Under the pieces are notes generated by a model, which was given only the letters and a program-made list of their open reading frames with translations, was not told where the DNA came from and did not search any database. Shown here piece by piece: positions 7,810 through 17,116 of a stretch of DNA of 54,983 nucleotides. The stretch's first letter is position 1, and the number at the start of each line of letters is the position of its first letter. The translations under genes and the position numbers were made by a program. The stretch lies in IMG/VR virus record IMGVR_UViG_3300043466_000937, positions 1 to 54,983 of that record, one strand, 5' to 3'. This DNA comes from a virus (taxonomy: Duplodnaviria; Caudoviricetes).

Positions 7810-9026
7810 TGCAATATGATTTTCCTAAAATATACCACATAGATGATGTGTTACCGCACATCAAGGACTCTCCTGAGTTCATCCATGTTGTGAAGGATGG
7901 TTATCAGGTCATCAACTATGTTGTGGCTGGTCATGATACTTTTCCTGATGTTCATGTAACTGGTGATGTATACATCTCTGGGCAAAATGCAGGAAAGTAT
8001 TCTGGTCAGTTGCACGGCGCTGCTGTTCGTCGTGAGTGTCGTGGTCTTGTGTTTGACATGGACGGCGATCTGATCGGTCGTCGGTATCACAAGTTCTTCA
8101 ATGTGAACGAGCGTGATGAGACTTCTATCGGCAAGATTGATTGGTCTCGCCCGCACGTGATCCTTGAGAAGCTTGACGGCTCTATGGTATCTCCTTGTTT
8201 TGTCAACGGGCACCTTCGTTGGATGACCAAGATGGGTATCACTGATACTTCTATGGAAGCAGAAGCTTTCGTAGCCTCTCGCCCTGACTATACTGAACTT
8301 GCTGCTCACTATCTTGAACATGGATTCACTCCTGTGTTTGAGTGGTGTTCAAACAAGAACCGTATTGTGCTGGACTATCCTGAGGATCGTCTTGTGCTGA
8401 CTGCAATGCGTGAAATGAAGTTTGGTAGCTATATGCTGCATGGCACATTAGAGCGTATCGGTGAGCGTTATGGCATTGAAGTTGTAAAGGCATGGTCACA
8501 CGAACAAATTCAAAAGATGGGTACTCTCATCGGTATAATCCGTGAAATGGAAGATGCTGAAGGTGTGGTTGTTCGCTTTGATGATGGCCATATGGTCAAG
8601 ATCAAGTCCGACTGGTATGTCCGTATTCACAAGGTCAAGTCACTGCTCGGTCAGGAACGTGATGTTGTAGAACTGATCTTGAAGAGCGAACTGGATGATA
8701 TGCTTCCTGTCCTTCCGCGTGAAGATGTAGAAAAGATTGAGAAGTTCCAAATTGTTCTGATGGAACAGATGCGTCTTGCTGCATGGCATGTTTATCAGAC
8801 TGTCAAGCAGAACCGTGAGACGATGGATCGGAAGACGTTTGCAATCAACTATGCGCCGACTTTTGATCCTATGTTGCGCGGCCTTGTTTTCCAGTTCTGG
8901 GACAAGGAATGTGATGAACGCTTGACTTATGAAGCAGTTGTTGCTATGATACTTAAGAACTGTGGTTCCAACGCTTCCTATGCAAAGATCAAGGAAGCTT
9001 TTCTGAAGGACGCGCACTATGTCTAA
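7809..9026 (+). CDS. rnlA: RNA ligase 1 (T4 RnlA family)
   Basis: RECRGLVFD, KFFNVNE, EKLDGS (motif I), FEW, EGVVV, VKIKSDWY. Confidence 0.92.
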   Translation: MQYDFPKIYHIDDVLPHIKDSPEFIHVVKDGYQVINYVVAGHDTFPDVHVTGDVYISGQNAGKYSGQLHGAAVRRECRGLVFDMDGDLIGRRYHKFFNVNERDETSIGKIDWSRPHVILEKLDGSMVSPCFVNGHLRWMTKMGITDTSMEAEAFVASRPDYTELAAHYLEHGFTPVFEWCSNKNRIVLDYPEDRLVLTAMREMKFGSYMLHGTLERIGERYGIEVVKAWSHEQIQKMGTLIGIIREMEDAEGVVVRFDDGHMVKIKSDWYVRIHKVKSLLGQERDVVELILKSELDDMLPVLPREDVEKIEKFQIVLMEQMRLAAWHVYQTVKQNRETMDRKTFAINYAPTFDPMLRGLVFQFWDKECDERLTYEAVVAMILKNCGSNASYAKIKEAFLKDAHYV

Positions 9027-9492
9027 CCCTACGCTGTATATGCTTGTCGGAGTCCCTGGCTCCGGCAAGTCTACTTGGATCGCCAAGAACTTTCCTGATC
9101 TGACTGGGCATTATGTTGCATCTACAGATCGGTTGCTGGAAATCTATGCATCTATGCGTGGAGCAACTTACAATGATGTGTTTCAAGATAACATTGATTA
9201 TGCTAACAAGGCCATGATGACGCATGTTAAGGATGCTGTTATGTATGGCTATAACATAATCTGGGATCAGACCAATCTTAACAAGAAGTCGCGCGCACGA
9301 AAGCTTGCTGCGGTGCCTAACACTTACCGCAAGATTGCAATCTTCTTTCCTACTCCTGAAACTGGAGAGCTGTATCGTCGGCTTGGTTCTCGCCCTGGCA
9401 AGACCATTCCTGAGTTTGCTGTTCAGCAGATGATAAACACTCTGCAACAGCCGACGGTTGAAGAAGACTTTGATGAGGTTCGTGTTGTCTGA
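9019..9492 (+). CDS. polynucleotide 5'-kinase-like P-loop protein (AAA_33)
   Basis: GVPGSGKST, DQTN...R, RxxxR lid (YRRLGSR). Confidence 0.85.
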   Translation: MSNPTLYMLVGVPGSGKSTWIAKNFPDLTGHYVASTDRLLEIYASMRGATYNDVFQDNIDYANKAMMTHVKDAVMYGYNIIWDQTNLNKKSRARKLAAVPNTYRKIAIFFPTPETGELYRRLGSRPGKTIPEFAVQQMINTLQQPTVEEDFDEVRVV

Positions 9493-9772
9493 TTGGGGAA
9501 GTGAAGTTGAGGTTGAGCGGCGCAATCGTATCCGCTTGACCTTGGCTGCATATGCATATGAATTTGATGATAATCCTATCATGTCGGATGCTGAGTTTGA
9601 TGAACTATCAAAAGCAATTCGGCCTGAGATTGAAACAGGTATGAAGAAGCATGATGAGTTCTTTCGTACTCACTTTGATCCAAATACAGGCATGTGGATT
9701 CGTCAGCATCCGTTTCTTCGCAAGGTAGAACATACATATCGTTGGTTCCTAAGTAAAGGATATTATAAATGA
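9473..9772 (+). CDS. stand-alone NAD-dependent DNA ligase domain Ia-like protein
   Basis: AAYAYEFDDNPIMSDAEFDEL resembles the LigA Y-Y...P..SD.EYD motif; start uncertain. Confidence 0.7.
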   Translation: MRFVLSDWGSEVEVERRNRIRLTLAAYAYEFDDNPIMSDAEFDELSKAIRPEIETGMKKHDEFFRTHFDPNTGMWIRQHPFLRKVEHTYRWFLSKGYYK

Positions 9773-9915
9773 AAAAGTTTACTATTCGTTATGCCATTGG
9801 TGTTTATTGGTATCAATCTGAAATCTTTACAGACAGTTCAAACGCTGCTATACTTTGGGCCGAGAAGATCGGTGGATATAATGTCTCGGTCGTGAAGCAA
9901 GAGGAAGTAGAGTGA
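9769..9915 (+). CDS. hypothetical protein (48 aa, not in ORF track)
   Basis: SD AAGGA; 4-bp overlaps with both neighbours. Confidence 0.6.
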   Translation: MKKFTIRYAIGVYWYQSEIFTDSSNAAILWAEKIGGYNVSVVKQEEVE

Positions 9916-10112
9916 AAACGCTAAGTGAATATAATGCTGAGTGGTCTGAGAAGAATAAGAAACTCGGTCGTCATGAAAAGTGGATTGCTCTCGCATGTGA
10001 TCATTGTGGGCATGAACTTGCAGGTGAAAACAGTTTGCTAATGTCTAGTCCGCCGCAGCAAAACATTTATTGTCCTGGTTGTGGTTGGCAGGGTAGGAGA
10101 TTCGTATACTAA
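9912..10112 (+). CDS. zinc-ribbon hypothetical protein
   Basis: CDHC...CPGC. Confidence 0.65.
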   Translation: MKTLSEYNAEWSEKNKKLGRHEKWIALACDHCGHELAGENSLLMSSPPQQNIYCPGCGWQGRRFVY

Positions 10113-10774
10113 TGAAGTTTGGAATCTTTTCAGATTTGCATATGGAGTTTCAACCGTGGTTCTTTGAGCCTGATCCTGATGTATTCTATCTGAATGCTGG
10201 TGATACTCATCCGCAGTTTCTAACCCGTGAGTATTTCTACTCGCTATTCAAAGGCAACATCTTTTCAATTCCAGGCAATCATGATTTCTATGGTGGCACT
10301 TTTGAGAATGCCGATCTACATTTTTCTGAATGCTATCATGGAGATGTAAAGATTGCTGGTGCTACTCTTTGGACTGACATCTCTCCTACTCGTTGGTGGG
10401 ACTTCAAAGAGTATATGATGGACTATCGGAACATCAGGGGTATGAACTACGATAGATATATGAATGCTCATGAAACTCATAAACATTTTTTATTTAACTC
10501 TGGTGCCGATATCTGGCTTGTGCATCATCTGCCGTCTTTCCAGTCAGTGCATCCGAAGTATCGTGAGTCTGGCGGTAACGACTTTTTCGCTACTGAACTA
10601 TCACACCAGATTCTTGAAATGAAGAAGCCGCCGAAGCTTATCGTGCATGGGCACACGCATGAACGATGTGATTATATGATTGGTGATACAAGAGTTGTGT
10701 GCAATCCTCGCGGCTATCCGAATGAACAGCCGTGGTATCAAAACTATGAACCCCTAATTGTGGAGATTGACTAA
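10112..10774 (+). CDS. calcineurin-like metallophosphoesterase
   Basis: SDLH, AGD, GNHD, HHLP, HGHTH, NPRGY. Confidence 0.9.
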   Translation: MKFGIFSDLHMEFQPWFFEPDPDVFYLNAGDTHPQFLTREYFYSLFKGNIFSIPGNHDFYGGTFENADLHFSECYHGDVKIAGATLWTDISPTRWWDFKEYMMDYRNIRGMNYDRYMNAHETHKHFLFNSGADIWLVHHLPSFQSVHPKYRESGGNDFFATELSHQILEMKKPPKLIVHGHTHERCDYMIGDTRVVCNPRGYPNEQPWYQNYEPLIVEID

Positions 10775-10968
10775 TGACCGAAGTAACTAAGAGAGCTTTG
10801 TTCAAGACTGTATTGACAGTCGGTATTATTGCAATTCTATATGTGATAGGCACATTGTGGCCTTCAATTATTGGATATGTTGTGGTTGCTTTTATTGCAA
10901 GTGTTTTCATCGGAATAATCTATATGTTCTTCTACGCGATTGAAGATACCAAAACTTGGAGAAGGTGA
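10774..10968 (+). CDS. small membrane protein
   Basis: two hydrophobic segments; translational coupling. Confidence 0.65.
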   Translation: MTEVTKRALFKTVLTVGIIAILYVIGTLWPSIIGYVVVAFIASVFIGIIYMFFYAIEDTKTWRR

Positions 10969-11237
10969 TGAACATCGTAATCTATTCCAAACCAAACTGT
11001 TCTTGGTGCGTTAAGGCTAAAGAACTGATGAACAAGCTGCATCTTAAGTATGATGAGAAGAAGCTTGATGAAGACTATACGCGAGACTATCTCAGAGCAT
11101 TGATCTATGGTGATAGTCCTGCATCGTTGAATCCACCCTTGACAGTGCCGCAGATTTTCGTTAATGATAATCGCATTGGTGGTTACGAAGACTTTGCTGA
11201 TTGGTGTGATAATCACGGATATGGTAATGGACAGTGA
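10968..11237 (+). CDS. glutaredoxin (NrdC-like)
   Basis: YSKPNCSWCVKAK, TVPQIF, IGGY. Confidence 0.9.
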   Translation: MNIVIYSKPNCSWCVKAKELMNKLHLKYDEKKLDEDYTRDYLRALIYGDSPASLNPPLTVPQIFVNDNRIGGYEDFADWCDNHGYGNGQ

Positions 11238-11478
11238 TAGATTTCCAGATACAAAAGCAAACACATATGCATTCGGTGATGATGAATGGAAAAAGATTGT
11301 GTCAGAAAGTGCTATATCTATCAATCTCAGCCCACCCGTATCAGAGTGGGAATGTGTTATAATTAGTAATGGTCAGTGGTCCACAACATTTCGTCCTGTG
11401 AAAGGAAGTGAACCCAACTGGTTTCATCGCAAGATGCAAGAGTTATGTTTTGGTATTAAATGGAGAAAGGTAAAGTAA
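11221..11478 (+). CDS. hypothetical protein
   Basis: PNWFHRKMQELCFGIKW motif; coupled to neighbours. Confidence 0.6.
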   Translation: MVMDSDRFPDTKANTYAFGDDEWKKIVSESAISINLSPPVSEWECVIISNGQWSTTFRPVKGSEPNWFHRKMQELCFGIKWRKVK

Positions 11479-11750
11479 TGTATAACGTGAGTGTGAAGCG
11501 GAATATGGAAATTGACCTTGAAGCTGCTGGCAATCTTGTTGCTCAGGTTCTCAAGGAAGACTTTGAATTTGTCTGTCAGGAGCTTCATGAGTTGAAGCAC
11601 AAGATGGGCAATCTGAGGGACTTTGAGATTGAAGACTTCAAGCGTAATGCTGAGGTTCATGATGCTATGAAGGTTCTTCTTGGCTACTACATGACCAAGG
11701 GAGACTATGACGAATTCATGGAACTTCAGAGGGTATATGGCAATGTTTGA
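11478..11750 (+). CDS. hypothetical protein
   Basis: TAATG coupling; helical composition. Confidence 0.65.
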   Translation: MYNVSVKRNMEIDLEAAGNLVAQVLKEDFEFVCQELHELKHKMGNLRDFEIEDFKRNAEVHDAMKVLLGYYMTKGDYDEFMELQRVYGNV

Positions 11751-11991
11751 TAAAGAAACATTGAAGAGTGAACTTCAGTCTTTTGTCGCAAAGATTACTT
11801 TTACAAAGGCTGACGGTTCAAACCGTGAGATGACTTGTACTCTCAAGCCATCATTACTTCCTGAAGTAAAGTTGGTAGAAGCACATGTGCCGCGAAAGCA
11901 GAACGATGATGTACTCGCCGTATGGGATTTAGATAATAGCGCATGGCGTTCTTTCAGGCTTGATTCTATTATTGAGGTTCAGCTACAATGA
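11743..11991 (+). CDS. WYL-like SH3-barrel protein (DUF2693-like)
   Basis: FTKADGSNREMTCTL...VWDLDNSAWRSFRLDSI. Confidence 0.8.
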   Translation: MFDKETLKSELQSFVAKITFTKADGSNREMTCTLKPSLLPEVKLVEAHVPRKQNDDVLAVWDLDNSAWRSFRLDSIIEVQLQ

Positions 11992-12911
11992 AACGAATTT
12001 TAGTCATCCAAGCTGCTGCCGGCCCAGATTATTTGGCAGACCATCTAGCACATTGGCTTTACTTAGATGACGATTTGAAACTTTTTACGAATCGTCATCC
12101 AGAATATTTGTTTGATGATTATCCAAAGAGTATGCCTTTGTCTGGTGGTGGCTTTACAGTATACAGACAAATTCCACATGATCGAAAGCAGCACATAACT
12201 CTTTTAGATGCTGAGACTATCACGAATAACATTCGTGAGAAGTTATTCGATTATATCATTTGGACAAGCGGAAGACGTTGCCAAGATTTTCTTCATGAAG
12301 CAGTTAAAATTGGATACGATAAGAGTAAATTGAATGTTGTTGATGGTGAAGATGATATTTACGGTTATACCTCACCATATTATACATACTTCAAAAGAGA
12401 ACTTGTAAATGATAGCGCATTGCCTATCTCATTCAAATTTCCATCTTGTCATCCAATGCTTAACAAGCCCTACATTCAAAAATCTAGGTTGTTAGCTAAC
12501 ATTGATCCTCGCTGGCAAAATTCTTATATAAACGGTCTAGAGCCTACTCATGTAGACTATCGATACAAAGAAGAAGAAGACTATTATAGACAATACCAAG
12601 AATCGCTCTTTGCTTTTACAACAAAGAAGTCAGGATGGGATTGTATGCGTCATTATGAAATTATTGCCTGCAACTGTTTACCTGTTTTCCCTGATTTTAA
12701 TTCAGCACCAACAAATACGATGATTGAATGGGACAGAAATTTACAATCACGTGTTAATGCTTTGTGGTTGCACATGTCTCAGGTAAATAGTAAGATAGAT
12801 ATTGGTGAATGCATGAATAGTTGGTCGGAACTCATGGAAGAATTTCATCAAATCTTTTCAACTAAAATGAAAACTGAGCATTATAAGAACACATTCAGAT
12901 TTGATATATAG
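11988..12911 (+). CDS. putative glycosyltransferase (GT-B-like)
   Basis: VDGED, YFKREL, YY..YQ.S.FAFT.KKSGWDCMRHYEIIACNCLP. Confidence 0.6.
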   Translation: MKRILVIQAAAGPDYLADHLAHWLYLDDDLKLFTNRHPEYLFDDYPKSMPLSGGGFTVYRQIPHDRKQHITLLDAETITNNIREKLFDYIIWTSGRRCQDFLHEAVKIGYDKSKLNVVDGEDDIYGYTSPYYTYFKRELVNDSALPISFKFPSCHPMLNKPYIQKSRLLANIDPRWQNSYINGLEPTHVDYRYKEEEDYYRQYQESLFAFTTKKSGWDCMRHYEIIACNCLPVFPDFNSAPTNTMIEWDRNLQSRVNALWLHMSQVNSKIDIGECMNSWSELMEEFHQIFSTKMKTEHYKNTFRFDI

Positions 12912-12920
12912 GAGTAGAGA

Positions 12921-13010
12921 ATGTCGCATCCACATAAGAATAGACCTCGAAAGGGTCGTCGTAAGATCGGTTCAAAGAAGCGAAAGGCACGCAACAGAAG
13001 GAAGAACTAA
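12921..13010 (+). CDS. 29-aa Arg/Lys-rich peptide (not in ORF track)
   Basis: SD AGGAG; MSHPHKNRPRKGRRKIGSKKRKARNRRKN; TAATG coupling to the next gene. Confidence 0.6.
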   Translation: MSHPHKNRPRKGRRKIGSKKRKARNRRKN

Positions 13011-13243
13011 TGTCTAAGGGCAGGGCTGAACGTAGGCATCATCATGATAGAATGCTGAATAAGGTCAAGAAGTTTTTTTGGTATAAAAATTGGTTCTCAG
13101 GTGAAGAACACAAGGAACAGCATCAAAAGAGAATGGCCGAAACGCGAAAGCCCTGCTCTTGTTATGTGTGCGGTAATCCTCGCAAACACTGGAAACAAAA
13201 GACTATGCAAGAAAAGAAATTTGATGAGTATGAGATTGAATAA
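13010..13243 (+). CDS. hypothetical basic protein with Cys motif
   Basis: KPCSCYVCGNPR. Confidence 0.7.
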   Translation: MSKGRAERRHHHDRMLNKVKKFFWYKNWFSGEEHKEQHQKRMAETRKPCSCYVCGNPRKHWKQKTMQEKKFDEYEIE

Positions 13244-13566
13244 TGTCAGCAGATAATGGCGTGTATATTTTAGAGACTAAAGGTCCAGAGTACAGGGTTG
13301 CGTATGGTCAGAACATAGACGAAATTTATGGTGAATTCTCAGATGAGAGTCTACATTGGCAAGGTGACCCACAATCAATGATTGACTTCTTTGGTCAAGC
13401 CGTTGTTTTCCTTGATGAATTTGAAGCTATTGACAACGCAGAGCAAATTGCGCTACAATACGCATATCTCGAAGACGGGATTTGCGTCATCCGAGACTTC
13501 AAAGATTGGGACTTCAACTCGTTAAAGGAAAAATATGTCCAAGAAACCGAAAGCAATCCGCGGTAA
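13243..13566 (+). CDS. hypothetical protein
   Basis: MSADNGVYIL start; coupled to upstream gene. Confidence 0.7.
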   Translation: MSADNGVYILETKGPEYRVAYGQNIDEIYGEFSDESLHWQGDPQSMIDFFGQAVVFLDEFEAIDNAEQIALQYAYLEDGICVIRDFKDWDFNSLKEKYVQETESNPR

Positions 13567-14686
13567 GTTTGCAGATGAGAAGCACATGGGCGCTGAACCC
13601 GATCTGCGCGGCGAAGTTTCGAATTCAGATATCATCTTAGCCTACAATTGGTATAACTACTTTTACGACTCCGCTCAGGCTAAAGAGTGGGTCATTGAAT
13701 ATTTGAAAGAATTTCATAAGACAGAAAAGGATCTAATTAAAAATGCAAACAGAATTGATGATAGTCGCTGCCGCACTAATGGTTGGAATTGTCGCATATT
13801 GTTACTGGGTGGTAACCTCCCAGATGGCATCAAAGAGCGAAACGAAGCGCGAATCCGTGCCCTTGCCGATGAAGCCAACACCAGTGATCGAGGAAGAGAC
13901 ACAGGTGGCGCCGAAGCCGAAGAAGAAGTCGGCACCAAAAAAGAAGAAGTCGCAAAGCAAGTAATCTCTATTCAAGAGCGTGTAGCCAATCGCGCCAATG
14001 ACCTGATCGCCAACATTGAAGAACAGATTGATGTGTTCTATCGTGATGGCACTCAGTTCAAGGCGTCCGATTGGCTCTCTCAGAATGATGTGAAGCCTGC
14101 TGTTGCACAATACATTGCAGACTATTACAAGCCTCTCTATTCTGAACTCTTTGATGCTCTTTCGGGTAAGGTGCCTGATTTGCGTGAAGCATACTCTCAC
14201 TACACTAAGCCGAAGCTGAAAGCTTATGTAGAGTTTATCAAGTCTATTGTGTCTGCCGCTGAAACTCGTGCAGTCGTAGCAAAAGTTGAACGCAAGCCTC
14301 GTAAGAAAAAGGTCAAGCCTGCATCCGCTCAGGTTGCTAAACTCAAGTATAAGGAAAAAGATGAAACACACAATGTTATTTCAGTCGATCCGAAACAGAT
14401 CATTGGATGCAATCAGCTTTGGGTGTTCAATACCAAATATCGAACTCTATCTGTTTACAATGCTATGGGTCCTGCTGGACTTGGCATCAAGGGCTGCACG
14501 GTAATTGGCTACGATGAGAAGACTTCCATCGTCAAGAGACTTCGCAAGCCTGAAATTCAGTTGAAGAAGCTTCTTGATGGTGGTAAGGTCGTTCTTCGCA
14601 AGTTCATGGACGAAATCAAGTGCAAGTCCAAAGAAGCAAGTGGTCGCATAAATAATGAGACAGTTCTTCTAAGGATCATTAAATGA
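13535..14686 (+). CDS. conserved T4-like hypothetical protein
   Basis: 383-aa ORF with AYNWYNYFY, LWVFNTKYR and GRIN motifs. Confidence 0.8.
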   Translation: MSKKPKAIRGKFADEKHMGAEPDLRGEVSNSDIILAYNWYNYFYDSAQAKEWVIEYLKEFHKTEKDLIKNANRIDDSRCRTNGWNCRILLLGGNLPDGIKERNEARIRALADEANTSDRGRDTGGAEAEEEVGTKKEEVAKQVISIQERVANRANDLIANIEEQIDVFYRDGTQFKASDWLSQNDVKPAVAQYIADYYKPLYSELFDALSGKVPDLREAYSHYTKPKLKAYVEFIKSIVSAAETRAVVAKVERKPRKKKVKPASAQVAKLKYKEKDETHNVISVDPKQIIGCNQLWVFNTKYRTLSVYNAMGPAGLGIKGCTVIGYDEKTSIVKRLRKPEIQLKKLLDGGKVVLRKFMDEIKCKSKEASGRINNETVLLRIIK

Positions 14687-15087
14687 CAGACAACGTATTT
14701 CAATTCCCCAAGGACAAGATCGTTCGTGAAGTTCCTCCAAACATAGATGAAATAGAAAAGCACCGAGAGCGAGGCAGACAAAACTATGCTGAGGATGTTG
14801 TAAATGACATTATTGAAAACTTGGTTGTGCTTTTGGACTCTTACGGTGTTGATCAAGACGGTAAACACTTCGAACGTGACTTCACATTTTCTATAGATGC
14901 AATTCGATCAACAATCTATCGCGCGATGAATGTAGATCATACACTTCATGACTTTATTGATAAGCATGTTTCGATTGTGAAGAAGGATGACAGTGGTAAT
15001 ATTGTAATTGATGATCCAATTGAAATGCAAGAAATCGTGCTGCAAAACATGGTCGAAAAAGATCAGGTACTCGACAAAACAGAATGA
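14683..15087 (+). CDS. hypothetical protein
   Basis: NVFQFP N-terminus; ATGA overlap. Confidence 0.75.
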   Translation: MTDNVFQFPKDKIVREVPPNIDEIEKHRERGRQNYAEDVVNDIIENLVVLLDSYGVDQDGKHFERDFTFSIDAIRSTIYRAMNVDHTLHDFIDKHVSIVKKDDSGNIVIDDPIEMQEIVLQNMVEKDQVLDKTE

Positions 15088-15099
15088 GAACTATATAAT
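15071..15099 (+). promoter_or_regulatory. sigma70-type promoter for rnh
   Basis: TCGACA-N17-TATAAT. Confidence 0.65.
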
Positions 15100-15124
15100 A
15101 GTATAGTTTACAAAGGAAGTTATT

Positions 15125-15979
15125 ATGGCAATTCTGATTGACCTAAATCAGGTGTTGATCTCAAATCTCATGCAGCAGATCAACTCTAATCCAAAAATGA
15201 AGCTTGATGAAAATCTCATTCGGCACATGGTACTCAACAGTCTTCGCTCACACATTACTCAGTTCAAAGAGAAGTATGGTGAAGTCATCATCGCATGTGA
15301 CAACAAGAGATTTTGGCGCCGCGATGTTTTTCCACTTTATAAAGCAAACAGAAAGAAGGCTCGTGAAGAGTCTGGTTTTGACTGGACTTTGATCTTTGAA
15401 ACACTCAACAAAATCCGTGAAGAGTTGAAGCTACACTTTCCATACAAGGTAATTGATGTTGAAGGTGCAGAAGCTGATGATGTTATCGGTGTGCTGGCTG
15501 CACGAAAAGCACCACATGAAGAGGTGCTAATTCTATCTTCAGATAAAGACTTCGTTCAGCTTCAGAAGTATGCCAATGTGAAGCAGTACAATCCTATTCT
15601 CAAGCGTTATGTTGAGACTGATGATCCATACAAGTATGTTAAAGAGCATATCATTCGAGGTGATCGTGGTGATGGTGTACCAAATTTTTTATCGGCAGAT
15701 AATGTCTTTGCTCTTGGTGAAAGACAAAAAGTCATAAATACAAAGAAGCTTAATGAATGGCTTAACAAGTCTCCTGAAGAGTTTTGCACCACTGAAATCA
15801 TGCTGCGAAACTACAAGAGAAATCAGATGCTGGTTGATCTTGACTATATTCCTGAGACGATCAAGAGTCAGATTGTGGACTGTTATGATAACATCAAAGT
15901 GGCAAGCAGGTCTAATCTGGTCAACTATTTCGCAGAAAAAGGTCTGAAGAACCTATTTGATGTTATACAGGAGTTTTAA
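15125..15979 (+). CDS. rnh: T4 RNase H (5'-3' exonuclease, FEN family)
   Basis: ILIDLNQ, YKANR, EADDVI, SSDKDFVQL, GDRGDGVPN. Confidence 0.93.
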   Translation: MAILIDLNQVLISNLMQQINSNPKMKLDENLIRHMVLNSLRSHITQFKEKYGEVIIACDNKRFWRRDVFPLYKANRKKAREESGFDWTLIFETLNKIREELKLHFPYKVIDVEGAEADDVIGVLAARKAPHEEVLILSSDKDFVQLQKYANVKQYNPILKRYVETDDPYKYVKEHIIRGDRGDGVPNFLSADNVFALGERQKVINTKKLNEWLNKSPEEFCTTEIMLRNYKRNQMLVDLDYIPETIKSQIVDCYDNIKVASRSNLVNYFAEKGLKNLFDVIQEF

Positions 15980-16413
15980 TGAGTAAGAAAAATATTTATG
16001 AGGTGTTTGATGATTTCGTCAATGCACCCACTCGTGAAGCCAAGATAGATGTTCTGAGAAAGAATAGTGGCTATGCACTGGATGCTGTGCTTCGTGGCAC
16101 ATTTCATCCACAAATCAAATATGTCTTTAACGATATCCCCGAATATAAAAAGTCTGATGATCCACCTGGATTGAGCTATACATCAATTCATCAAGAGCTA
16201 AGTCGAGTGTATCTGTTTGAAGAAGATAATCCAAGAGTTGCAAGCGGTTTGACTTTAGACAGAAAGAAGTATCTTTTGATTCAAATGTTAGAAGCACTAG
16301 AAGCAAAAGAAGCTGACATACTTTCTGGTATGCTAATGAAAAAGCTGCCAATAAAAGGACTAACATATAAGATAGTACAAGAAGCTTTTCCTGGAATGCT
16401 ACCTGATATTTGA
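15979..16413 (+). CDS. conserved T4-like hypothetical protein
   Basis: family typically found after rnh; ends VQEAFPG. Confidence 0.75.
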   Translation: MSKKNIYEVFDDFVNAPTREAKIDVLRKNSGYALDAVLRGTFHPQIKYVFNDIPEYKKSDDPPGLSYTSIHQELSRVYLFEEDNPRVASGLTLDRKKYLLIQMLEALEAKEADILSGMLMKKLPIKGLTYKIVQEAFPGMLPDI

Positions 16414-16447
16414 TTGATCTTTGTTATGCTGTTTCACAAGGATCGAA

Positions 16448-16846
16448 ATGGCAAAAAGAAAGCGCAGAACAAAGCTAGAAAAAATTATGAGCGAAGACTG
16501 TGAATCAATATACGAAACAACGATTGAGGACTGCCAAGAATGGTTCAAAGTCCTCAATCGCGAACTCTTTGAAAACAACCTCCCACAAATTAATGAAATC
16601 GACATTCGCTGGCGCCGTGGTGCTTATGCATACTATGACTATGATGAAAGACGATCAAACGGTACCTGCAAGTTGCTCATGAGCAAACGATATAAATCAA
16701 AAAAGTTTTTTATTGAAATCTTGGCGCACGAAATGGTGCACCATTATCAATACATCAATAACGAAGGGATAGGTCACGGCTCTTCGTTTCTTAAATGGCG
16801 TGACAAGTTTAACAAGAAAGGTTTGAACCTCGCAAGGTCTTATTAG
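16448..16846 (+). CDS. SprT-like zinc metalloprotease
   Basis: LNRELF, LAHEMVHHYQ, GHG..F. Confidence 0.8.
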   Translation: MAKRKRRTKLEKIMSEDCESIYETTIEDCQEWFKVLNRELFENNLPQINEIDIRWRRGAYAYYDYDERRSNGTCKLLMSKRYKSKKFFIEILAHEMVHHYQYINNEGIGHGSSFLKWRDKFNKKGLNLARSY

Positions 16847-16847
16847 C

Positions 16848-17015
16848 ATGAAGTACAAAAAGAACCAGTATGGAAATCATGAAGATTATGACGATGAAGA
16901 ATATTCTGATCTTAGAAAAGGTCAGAAAAGGCGCCCGATCCGCAACTGGAAAAAGGCATGGGTAGAGCATGAAACTGAGGCTGATGCCGTAGACGATTTC
17001 TATACCAGACGCTAA
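16848..17015 (+). CDS. hypothetical protein (55 aa, not in ORF track)
   Basis: ATG one base after the SprT stop; open to TAA17013. Confidence 0.55.
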   Translation: MKYKKNQYGNHEDYDDEEYSDLRKGQKRRPIRNWKKAWVEHETEADAVDDFYTRR

Positions 17016-17055
17016 GTCTTTGATTTAGCTCGACCATCTTTTTTGAAGATTTCTC

Positions 17056-17084
17056 TTGCAAATGATTTCCGTTTGCAGTATATT
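17056..17084 (+). promoter_or_regulatory. sigma70-type early promoter
   Basis: TTGCAA-N17-TATATT; shares ATTTCCGT and CAGTATATTCT with the 5933 promoter. Confidence 0.7.
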
Positions 17085-17116
17085 CTTCTCAACAACGACA
17101 CAGAGGAGACTACTGA

